Assembly (NCBI GenBank): GCA_005191425.1
Contig: SUPR01000033.1
Span: 1,857 to 33,856 of the forward strand
Direction: 5' to 3'
DNA length: 32,000 nt
DNA from: Candidatus Helarchaeota ASGARD archaeon Hel_GB_B
GTDB taxonomy: Archaea; Asgardarchaeota; Lokiarchaeia; Helarchaeales; HEL-GB-B
Shown here: positions 8,762-17,045 of the stretch, one piece after another
Position numbering within the stretch: position 1 is the stretch's first letter
How the letters are laid out: each line of letters opens with the position of its first letter
Notes under the pieces: generated by a model
Told to the model about the DNA's origin: nothing
The model's database searches: none
What the model saw: only the letters and a program-made list of their open reading frames with translations
Made by a program: the position numbers and the translations under genes

Positions 8762-11700
8762 TTATTCATTTTTAGCTGGGGGTTTAGGGGGCATTACTAA
8801 TAAATCAATATTACCAGTCCCTAGTGGTATAATCTGGCCAATAATTACATTTTCTGTGATACCATTTAATGGGTCAATATCGCCTCTTAAACTTGCGTCT
8901 AATAAATGTTTAATAGTAATTTCAAATGAAGCTCTAGCAAGTGCTGATGCTTTTTTACCACTTATCCCATGACGCCCAATTTGTCTTAGATTTCCAGTGT
9001 TTGTCATTATATCAGCAACGAGCATTATATGTCGTATATCAACATCGAGTCCTTGTTCATCTAATACACCTAAAGCCTCGTTAATAATAGCATTTCTACA
9101 TGCTTCTATACCGAGGACTTCATATATTTCTCGTAAATGGTTTGTAGTAGTCCTAGTATGGTCAACTCCCTTTACTAATAAGACTTCTTTGAGATTAGTA
9201 CCTTCAGAATGAATAACATATTCATCAATATCTTTTTCTTTACGAATTATTACTCTTTTTATGCCTTCAATACCTTTTATTGGGAAATCTTGGATATTTT
9301 CTTTTTCTTTTTGAAGTTTGTCTAAATCGCCAGCTTTAGGTTTATAAATAATTTGATTTCTTGTCTTAAGAATTTTAACCTCGCCTTTTTTCTTCCAGTC
9401 CTTGGTTTTAGCCTCGATTATATCATATGTAATTCCTTTGTCCTCCATCAATGCGGGGTCGAGCTCGATAATAATTTCCATATTTGCGATATCAATGGCG
9501 ATATGATCAGCAATATTTTCAATCCTTGTCAATTCAATTTTTTGTGATATTTCTTTTGCTATATCTTTATTTTTTGCAATATTTTTCTCGAGAAATATTT
9601 TCATCATTGGAGTGCTGGGTATTCGTCTTGCATCAACAATTTCTATTAACCTGGGTAGACCTAAAGTAACATTAAACTCTGCTGCTCCTGCATAATGGAA
9701 TGTTTTAAGAGTATTATGGGTAATTAATCCTTCAGATATCGTGAAAGTTTCAAGTCCACCTACTGTAAAATCGTAGACATATTCGGTTGGTGAATCTATT
9801 AATTCAATATTTGTAATTTCGTCCCAAATAATGTCACTTTTAATAGACTTCTGTAAAACAGAAAGTTCTTCATTTATATCAATGTTTTTCTCCCTTGAAA
9901 ATACCAAAAGTTTTTCAACTAAATCATTTAATATGGATCTTTTAATTATTTGCTTCTCTATAATTCTATTGATATTTTTTCCTAATTCTGAATCATTTGA
10001 AATTAGGAGTTTTTCCTTAATAGTTTGAAATATTGGTCCAAACCCTGTTATAACGTCAAAATCACCATAATTGGACTCAAATTTTTTAATTTTATTGATC
10101 AATTTTGAAAATTTCTTTAATTCTTTAGGATTAGATATTTTGGTACCAATTTCATTAAGAAAAGATATTATATGCTCTTGGTGAATTAATAGGGTATATT
10201 GACCTTTTCTATTCATTTTAAATGAGGGAATACCGATTCTTGATAATAATAAACAAAGTTTATCCCTTAATTCTTTAGAGTTAGAACTCAACTCTATTTG
10301 ACATTTCTTAATATTTATTTTACCTTTAAAATCAAAATAGCTCTTCAACAAACCCTTGATAAATGTATCGTCAGAATTAATGACCCAATCGGGGATTATT
10401 TTATTATTATTCAATTCCCAGTTAATCTCGAAGATTTCAGCCAATTTACTTGAAGTAATTATGATTTTCTTTTCTTTTTTATAATAATCTTCTAATTTAT
10501 AGTTAAGTCCATGTTCTGATATAAACTTAGTAATCATATCGGAATTGATTTTATTGTTAATTACAATAGAAATTTTATCGCCAGAATTTTTCCCGTTAGC
10601 AAGATAAGCTCCAGTAAAATAGCCAGTCATAAAGTCTAATTCCCATTTATTTACATAGGAATTATAGCTATTGGAATCGGAAGTATTATTTAATTGAATA
10701 TTATTTTTAGTAAATACTTGAGAGCTCCCAAAGTTTGTTGATACCGATAGTAATTCTACTTGAAAATTATCTTCATTTATTATCGTTTGATTATTATCCA
10801 TTATTTTTTCTGAGTTATCAATTCCTATTGATATTTGATTTGATACATTTTTGTTAAAATCAATTACTTTTAGAGGGTTTTGCGCGGGTAATTTTTTGAC
10901 TAAAGGAATTCTATCACCAATTTTCAAATCTTTACCCTTAATAGGGATGATATTATTATTTTCTCTAATGACAAATGAATGAGATAAAGTAGAAGAAATA
11001 GTCCTACCGCTTTTTGTAGATATTTTGACAAGTTTTCCATTAGGTAGGTGTCGGCTTACTTGTAACAATAGTTGCCAATGAACATGTTCATCTTTTCCTA
11101 ATGAAGGTACAAAGATTGTCATATTTTTTGGGATATCACAAATAGTTGACCCGAAGCTTGTAAAAACATTATCAGAATTGGATAGTCTTGTTATTAATTT
11201 ATCGACAAATTCTCCAATAGGAGTTATAAGTGCCCTATTTTCTTGAAGAATAATTACTTTTTCATTTCCAGGAATACTCATTTGAGTGCCGGGTTCACCA
11301 ATTGATTGTGCTGCCACAGTACCGACTGCTTCTCCCGGGTCTACCAATGCTTGTTTATAATAGTTTATGGAAATATCAATTATGTTGTTAAGTATTTTTT
11401 CAGTAACTTGAATTTTTTCTAATGCACTAATTAATTTATTTATTATAGAGTAAGGAAGCTTATTGGAATCATATTGAAATTTTAACCTAGATGCAATTTC
11501 TTCATTTGATAAGACAGGAGTTTCGTCATCTTCAATCTCACTTAATACTTTTTCAATGACAATACCAATATTAAAAGCGATGCCATGGTCGCTTTTTGCG
11601 GGATCAATTCCATCTTCGCCATATTGAAATTGGATTATGTCTCCGGCAGCATTTCTTACGGTTCCATCGTATTCTACTTTAATATCTTGAAGCGCATTAA

Positions 11701-14700
11701 TCAATCTTCGTTGCATATAACCGCTTGTACTTGTTCTGACTGCAGTATCCACAAGTCCTTCACGACCGCCCATTGCATGGAAGAAAAATTCGATTGGTGT
11801 TAAACCGCTATAATAACAATTAACGACAAAACCATGAGCTTTTGCGCTTAAATCCTCTTTTCTAAAATGAGGTAATGTCCGTTTCTTATAACCCCTCATA
11901 ATTCTAGCTCCTCTAACAGATTGTTGCCCGACACAAGCAGTCATTTGTGCTAAATTTAAAGTATTACCTCTTGCACCAGTTTTTGTCATAATCACAGCAT
12001 GTTTATCAATTCCCAAATATCGGCCAGCAATATCGCCTGCTTCGTCTCTTGCTTTTGATAATGTTTCCATTATACGCATTTCAAGAGTGTCCTCTAATGT
12101 CCTACCGGGCGCACGTTGTAATTCGCCTTGTCTATATGTTTCAATAAAATTGTTTACTTTTTTATCTGCTTCATTTAAATTGTATCTAATTCTATTTTTC
12201 GCTTCTTCTTGTATTTCAACATCATCGATCCCCATAGTGAACCCAATATTTGTGATTATTTCTATAATCATCCTAGCACATGAATCTAAAAATTGTCTGG
12301 CCCTTGTATTTCCATAATCTTTGACTATTCTATGTAATAAACTATTTGGCTGCCCAGCTCCAAATGCTTTATTATCAATTACACCTGTAAGGAGTCTACC
12401 ACGTCTAATTAATACATACGCATCATATGGGCACTCAAATTCTTGGCATACTTTACAATTTTGACATATCTTGGCCCTTAAAGATAAATTAAGATATTTT
12501 GGTAGAAGGATTGAGATTATTTGTTTTCCAGTCCAATATTGAGTTGGATATTTTATTACAGGTTCAGGAATTTCATAATGTTTTTTCTTTTTATCAGTTT
12601 GATATCCTGCAGCCATTAATAATTGACAAACAGTTTCTCTATCTAAAAGGTTGCTTTTTCTTGTTAACAAAAATGCTCCAGAGATATAATCTTGGATACC
12701 ACCAATAATTGGGCCACCATATCTGGGAGATTCAATCTGTTCTTGAACTTTCATTAAAACTAAAGCTTCTGACCTTGCTTCTTCACTTTGCGGGACATGT
12801 AAGTTCATTTCATCTCCATCAAAATCTGCATTATAAGGTGGACAATTTTTAGTTAAAAATTCTGCTGCAATGAAATTGTGATTTTCATCTGTTGTTGTAA
12901 TATCATAAGCATAAGGAAGTTCAATTTCCTCGATTTTAACTATTTCGTCCCAAACAAAGCCATTATTCAGACCTTCGGTAGCCTTAATTTTCCAAGTAAA
13001 AAAATCAGGGAAATTTTTAAGTATATCAATATTTTTTGATTTATCTTCGAATAAATAAGAAACTATACTCCACGAATCTTGACCTATCATTTCAGCAATT
13101 TCGTTATAATTAAATCCTTTATTTACTAATTCAACTACTTTTAATGCTATCTCGTTAATTTCATTCTTTGTTCTGATTTTTGTTGTTAAATATTCAGTGA
13201 TATGTCTGGCTAAAATTTCTTTTTCATTTGCGAATTCATATCCAATATTATTGAAAAAAGCTAAAAAGTTTTCATCATCTGGTGTCAAATAGCATGAATA
13301 TATAATTTTTTTAGGGTCATCTTTTTTTGAATTGATAATGACATTTGAAATTTTTATATTAAAGATGTTAAGTAATTCTCTTATTCCATCTATGAATGGT
13401 TCAGGTGATATACCATCTATTTTTGTTATTTCAAAATATAATCGATCGAATTCTTTGTTAGAATCAGAATTTAATTCTGGTAAAGACATTTTAGACCCGA
13501 AATATGCCCTTAAAAATGCTCTTTTTGCCATTTTTGGAGCTTGCATAATCCATTTAGGTGTTGAATATTCTTGAACTGTTTTATCACCAACAGGCACACC
13601 TAAGATATTAAATGCTAATGCTAAAGATTTGTTTCTAATTTCAAAATAATATGTCTCATTATCTGGATTAACTGTTTTATCGTTAGTAATAAAATCAGAT
13701 TTAAAGTTAAGTTTATTTATTTGAATAGGAATATCCGTTAAGTTCAAAGATTTAATAAGATCATGCATTGATTTTATATCATTTTTATTATTAGCCCTAA
13801 AAATGATTCTGGCATCATTTTCTGATATGTCTAAAGAGCCATTACCAAATAAATGACCGACTAAGCTAGCTAATTTAATTTGCTTATCAGAACCTGCTTT
13901 AATATCAATTAAACCGAGTTGTTTTAATTCATTAAATATATAATCGAAGTCAAAATTATCAGATAAAGCATTAGATATTTGTTGTTTTGTTAGGATATCT
14001 GGACATCCACCAATTTCTGGATATTCAATTGGATAAATAGCTAAATAATCGCCTATTTTCAAATCACCACAATTTACTATCCCATTTTTTGAATAAAATG
14101 GATGTTCTTGTGTTGCCTCAATAATTCTATTATTTTTAGTAATGATTCTAAAAGATTTAAGTCCGAGTTCTTTTGGTTTAATAATGTGAGATTTAGAGAT
14201 TCCTGAATAGTAAGTTTTTTTATTAGTAGTCCAATTACAAGATAAGGGACTAAAATTGTTATGATTCTTAACAATTTCTGAGATTTTTACTTTACCAAGA
14301 TTAGTAAAAAGATAAGTATCACCAGATAGACAGACGCAGAGAGATAGTCTAAATGTTTTAAAAGGCATTACGACTACTTCATGTGCCATAATAGATAAAC
14401 GATGTAAAGAAGGTTGCCTATTAAAAAGTACAATATCTTTATCTTTAAGATGCCGTTCTACAATGAAACCAGGTTCTAATATATCTGCAACTGCTTCTCT
14501 ATTTTTTACAAATCTTAGATCAATACGATTACCGTCAGATCTTATTACATAATTTGCGCCAGGATGTTTTTCGGGGCCTCTTATAACTATTTCTTTCATT
14601 TCTTCAATATTCCACTCAGTAACCCTCTCAGGAATAGTCAAGACTTTAGCAATTTCCTCAGGAACTCCGACCTCATTAATACTAAGGTTAGGGTCGGGTG

Positions 14701-15697
14701 AAATTACAGTCCTTGCTGAGAAATCAACTCGTTTTCCTGATAGATTACTCCTAAACCTTCCTTCTTTACCTTTTAATCTTTGGGATAATGTCCTCAAGGC
14801 GCGACCAGAACGGTGGCGAGCTGGAGGAATCCCAGAAACTTCATTATCAAAATAAGTGGTAACATGGTATTGAAGTAATTCCCATAAATCTTCTACGATT
14901 AATTGAGGAGCTCCAGCATCGATATTTTCTCTTAATCTTTGGTTTATCCTAATAATATCGACTAATTTATGTGTCATATCATCTTCTGATCGAACTCCAG
15001 AGTCAAGAGTTATAGAAGGTCTAACGCAGACTGGAGGTACTGCAAGTACTGATAAAATCATCCATTCTGGACGAGCAAATTTTGGATTAATCCCGAGTAG
15101 TTTACAATCTTCATCTGGAATTCGTTCAAATCGGTCTCGAATATCGCTGGGATTTAACCTAATAGTCCCGCTCTCGGTTTTTTCGTAATATGTTGTTGGT
15201 TTTTCAATCTTGATCTTAAGTTGTTGTTCATTACAATATGGACATTTTTGGGTCTTAATTGCTTCTTTTAAAGCAATTTTAACAATATTTTTGTCCAATT
15301 CGCCATATTTACTTTCATAATCATTCATTTTTTGTAAAAGTTCTTCATAGAGGTCATTATTAAGCATGATTCTGCTACATTGACGACATATTGCTCGTAA
15401 AATTTTCTGAATTTTACTGGCGAACCCCACATGGATAACGGGTCGAGCTAATTCAATATGGCCAAAATGGCCCGTACATTCAGTTGTTCTATTACCACAA
15501 GTCCTGCACCTATGGCCAGGTTCAACAGTACCAAGACGTCCGTCCATTAGACCAGAGTCAATAGGAAGACCATCTTCGTCATAAGTATCGGGTGTAATTA
15601 TACGGATATGACTAATTTTTCGGATATCTTCGGGCGAAAATAATCCGAATTGGATTGATTTGATTTTTTTTAATGAATGGATAGGCATAACATTCAA
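8762..15697 (-). CDS. rpoA1: DNA-directed RNA polymerase largest subunit, unsplit A'+A'' (Rpo1N-Rpo1C in one ORF), 2311-aa precursor with two inteins (about 1290 aa after splicing); start at TTG 15697 or ATG 15688
   Basis: Zn ribbon CRTCG...CTGHFGHI, RFRSNLSGKRVDFSAR, LFNRQPSLH, catalytic NADFDGD, bridge helix TAVRTSTSGYMQRRL, then without a stop the A'' motifs PGEAVGTVAAQSIGEPGTQM/TLKTFH, VTLGLPRLIEI, ARASFE and ENVIIGQ. Confidence 0.97.
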   Translation of the reverse strand: MNVMPIHSLKKIKSIQFGLFSPEDIRKISHIRIITPDTYDEDGLPIDSGLMDGRLGTVEPGHRCRTCGNRTTECTGHFGHIELARPVIHVGFASKIQKILRAICRQCSRIMLNNDLYEELLQKMNDYESKYGELDKNIVKIALKEAIKTQKCPYCNEQQLKIKIEKPTTYYEKTESGTIRLNPSDIRDRFERIPDEDCKLLGINPKFARPEWMILSVLAVPPVCVRPSITLDSGVRSEDDMTHKLVDIIRINQRLRENIDAGAPQLIVEDLWELLQYHVTTYFDNEVSGIPPARHRSGRALRTLSQRLKGKEGRFRSNLSGKRVDFSARTVISPDPNLSINEVGVPEEIAKVLTIPERVTEWNIEEMKEIVIRGPEKHPGANYVIRSDGNRIDLRFVKNREAVADILEPGFIVERHLKDKDIVLFNRQPSLHRLSIMAHEVVVMPFKTFRLSLCVCLSGDTYLFTNLGKVKISEIVKNHNNFSPLSCNWTTNKKTYYSGISKSHIIKPKELGLKSFRIITKNNRIIEATQEHPFYSKNGIVNCGDLKIGDYLAIYPIEYPEIGGCPDILTKQQISNALSDNFDFDYIFNELKQLGLIDIKAGSDKQIKLASLVGHLFGNGSLDISENDARIIFRANNKNDIKSMHDLIKSLNLTDIPIQINKLNFKSDFITNDKTVNPDNETYYFEIRNKSLALAFNILGVPVGDKTVQEYSTPKWIMQAPKMAKRAFLRAYFGSKMSLPELNSDSNKEFDRLYFEITKIDGISPEPFIDGIRELLNIFNIKISNVIINSKKDDPKKIIYSCYLTPDDENFLAFFNNIGYEFANEKEILARHITEYLTTKIRTKNEINEIALKVVELVNKGFNYNEIAEMIGQDSWSIVSYLFEDKSKNIDILKNFPDFFTWKIKATEGLNNGFVWDEIVKIEEIELPYAYDITTTDENHNFIAAEFLTKNCPPYNADFDGDEMNLHVPQSEEARSEALVLMKVQEQIESPRYGGPIIGGIQDYISGAFLLTRKSNLLDRETVCQLLMAAGYQTDKKKKHYEIPEPVIKYPTQYWTGKQIISILLPKYLNLSLRAKICQNCKVCQEFECPYDAYVLIRRGRLLTGVIDNKAFGAGQPNSLLHRIVKDYGNTRARQFLDSCARMIIEIITNIGFTMGIDDVEIQEEAKNRIRYNLNEADKKVNNFIETYRQGELQRAPGRTLEDTLEMRIMETLSKARDEAGDIAGRYLGIDKHAVIMTKTGARGNTLNLAQMTACVGQQSVRGARIMRGYKKRTLPHFRKEDLSAKAHGFVVNCYYSGLTPIEFFFHAMGGREGLVDTAVRTSTSGYMQRRLINALQDIKVEYDGTVRNAAGDIIQFQYGEDGIDPAKSDHGIAFNIGIVIEKVLSEIEDDETPVLSNEEIASRLKFQYDSNKLPYSIINKLISALEKIQVTEKILNNIIDISINYYKQALVDPGEAVGTVAAQSIGEPGTQMSIPGNEKVIILQENRALITPIGEFVDKLITRLSNSDNVFTSFGSTICDIPKNMTIFVPSLGKDEHVHWQLLLQVSRHLPNGKLVKISTKSGRTISSTLSHSFVIRENNNIIPIKGKDLKIGDRIPLVKKLPAQNPLKVIDFNKNVSNQISIGIDNSEKIMDNNQTIINEDNFQVELLSVSTNFGSSQVFTKNNIQLNNTSDSNSYNSYVNKWELDFMTGYFTGAYLANGKNSGDKISIVINNKINSDMITKFISEHGLNYKLEDYYKKEKKIIITSSKLAEIFEINWELNNNKIIPDWVINSDDTFIKGLLKSYFDFKGKINIKKCQIELSSNSKELRDKLCLLLSRIGIPSFKMNRKGQYTLLIHQEHIISFLNEIGTKISNPKELKKFSKLINKIKKFESNYGDFDVITGFGPIFQTIKEKLLISNDSELGKNINRIIEKQIIKRSILNDLVEKLLVFSREKNIDINEELSVLQKSIKSDIIWDEITNIELIDSPTEYVYDFTVGGLETFTISEGLITHNTLKTFHYAGAAEFNVTLGLPRLIEIVDARRIPSTPMMKIFLEKNIAKNKDIAKEISQKIELTRIENIADHIAIDIANMEIIIELDPALMEDKGITYDIIEAKTKDWKKKGEVKILKTRNQIIYKPKAGDLDKLQKEKENIQDFPIKGIEGIKRVIIRKEKDIDEYVIHSEGTNLKEVLLVKGVDHTRTTTNHLREIYEVLGIEACRNAIINEALGVLDEQGLDVDIRHIMLVADIMTNTGNLRQIGRHGISGKKASALARASFEITIKHLLDASLRGDIDPLNGITENVIIGQIIPLGTGNIDLLVMPPKPPAKNE
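9713..11278 (-). mobile_element. Intein 2 (522 aa) in the A'' trigger loop of RNAP, LAGLIDADG-type, probably endonuclease-dead
   Basis: Splits GEPGTQM|TLKTFHYAG. Block A SIPGNE (Ser1), block B STLSH, block F YVYDFTV, ends THN, +1 Thr. Endonuclease blocks read FTGAYLANGK and LLKSYFDFKG. Confidence 0.95.
12845..14332 (-). mobile_element. Intein 1 (496 aa) in the A' part of RNAP, LAGLIDADG-type, probably endonuclease-dead
   Basis: Splits RLSLCV|CPPYNADFDGD. Block A CLSGDT, block B ATQEH (TxxH), block F YDITTTDENHNF, ends TKN, +1 Cys. Endonuclease blocks read LVGHLFGNGS and FLRAYFGSKM. Confidence 0.95.
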
Positions 15698-15964
15698 CCT
15701 ATAGGGTCTTAAAATTTAAAATTTTAACATTTTTTTAATAATTAATTAAAGGGATTATAATTTATCATCCATGGTTTATCTTTTAATGAAGGAAATTGAT
15801 TTATTTCATAATAAAAAGTCGTTATCTGCATTTGTGATTTTCTAAAAATTAAAAACATAATGCTTTTTAAACATTTTGGTTAAAAGACATTTTCGTTATT
15901 TTTTAAAAAAGAAAGATCGGTTCAATAAAGATAAAATTTGAAAAAGTTAATGCTCCGACCGGGA

Positions 15965-15991
15965 TTTTCGCTCCTATCAACTGAACTGAGT
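15965..15991 (-). other. 27-nt tRNA intron at T-loop position 59/60
   Basis: Strict bulge-helix-bulge: central helix TTCG/CGAA, bulges AT^A and AA^T, flanking pairs CTC/GAG (intron side) and G53-C61 (exon side). Confidence 0.88.
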
Positions 15992-16029
15992 ATCGAACCC
16001 GGGGCTATGGGGCGAGAGCCCATAATGTA

Positions 16030-16078
16030 TAGGCACCATGATTTAATCTTAAGTTATATTTTAGTTGTAAATAAAGAT
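16030..16078 (-). other. 49-nt tRNA intron in the D-loop (about 20/21)
   Basis: Central helix GGCA/TGCC with bulges AA^A and TA^T, outer helix = D stem GTGT/ACAT. The intron-side helix is weak (relaxed BHB), so exact junctions are less certain. Confidence 0.7.
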
Positions 16079-16115
16079 TTTGCCTCTACACCATCGGAGC
16101 TTATATTAAAAAAAA

Positions 16116-16640
16116 TTATTTTTTACTTTTTGTTGATAACCGTTTTCCACAACTTGGGCAAGTGCCGTGAATCTTAAGATATTCAAGGAAGTGGTCTTTA
16201 TGGGCAACTACACCACAAGCAGGACATTTTATCTTGACATCACCTGGTTTTATTATTCCTTTACAGACTGGACAAACTAATGGAACTTGTGATATTAAAA
16301 GTAATCTTTTTTCTGAATTAAACTTGGCACTTTCTAAATTATCTATCCCGATGATAAATGGCTTTTGATTTTCTCTAGAATCCAAAAAAATTTCGATCCC
16401 CTTTTTTCCATCTCTACGGTCGCCTATCCATTTTACTGTACCTGAAATTTTTGAAACAGGAGAACCACTTTTAGAGATAGAGATTTCTGCTTTTAAAGGA
16501 GAATCAAAAATAAATGTCCTAAGTACTTTTGTTATTTCAAACGCTTCTTTAGTTCGTTCTGAATTTATAGCATTATTAATAGCCATTACTAATTTTTCTG
16601 GACCATTATCAATTAAGTTCTTAACATCAATTTCTACCAA
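16116..16640 (-). CDS. Hypothetical protein with C-terminal RING-like cross-brace zinc finger
   Basis: C123-x2-C-x12-C-x2-C-x4-H-x2-H-x10-C-x2-C164 (CPVC...CPAC...HKDHFLEYL...CPSC). TTG start with GGAG upstream. The N-terminal 120 aa are not recognised. Confidence 0.75.
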   Translation of the reverse strand: MVEIDVKNLIDNGPEKLVMAINNAINSERTKEAFEITKVLRTFIFDSPLKAEISISKSGSPVSKISGTVKWIGDRRDGKKGIEIFLDSRENQKPFIIGIDNLESAKFNSEKRLLLISQVPLVCPVCKGIIKPGDVKIKCPACGVVAHKDHFLEYLKIHGTCPSCGKRLSTKSKK

Positions 16641-17045
16641 TTCTAAATCTCCATTATTTATTTTACAATTTTGATAAACTTAATATTGATTATCATTTTA
16701 ATATTTTACTTCTATTTTTTATCATTACTCATTAAAAATTATCAATAAATTAATGAAAATATTATTAAAATACATTTTTTACCAGAAATAAAAAAATAAA
16801 AAATGTTGATATTATGATCTTTTTCAACAATGTATTAAACTTAAAAAAAATCTTATAAAAAATTAAGTTAAAATAATCATTCAAAGGTAAGAATAAATAA
16901 CTATTTTTATTCCAGCACCTTTTAGTTGAGTAATTATAATATTGGTATATTGGTAATAATTTATTCTCAAAATTTAAAAAATTATAAAACAATAAGGATA
17001 ATAAGTTATAAATTTAAATTAACTTGGTGTAGAGGAACATTAAAA

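Larger units (their letters stand above)
15951..16100 (-). tRNA. tRNA-Glu(CUC) with two non-canonical introns, CCA not encoded
   Basis: Acceptor stem GCTCCGA/TCGGAGC plus A73. D stem GTGT/ACAT. Anticodon stem ATGGG/CCCAT with loop CT-CTC-GC. T stem CCGGG/CCCGG. Removing 16030-16078 and 15965-15991 gives a 74-nt cloverleaf. Confidence 0.92.

Noticed and set aside
8762-8800. Pro-rich C-terminus of RNAP (PPKPPAKNE) as a proto-CTD
   Set aside because: Only nine residues, with no YSPTSPS-like repeats.
16030-16078. Three-intron model (36-nt plus 13-nt D-arm introns) suggested by the AAATC and CAT repeats
   Set aside because: No register of the 36-nt piece gives a 4-bp central helix. A single 49-nt intron is simpler and gives the same product.
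15938-16177. 79-aa plus-strand ORF
   Set aside because: It is antisense to the tRNA-Glu gene and an artefact of its GC content.
16765-17045. ORF 16765-16992 (-) and the N-terminal extension of pncB from 16926
   Set aside because: Extremely AT-rich, F/N/I-biased sequence in a divergent promoter region. The SD motif supports TTG 17046.
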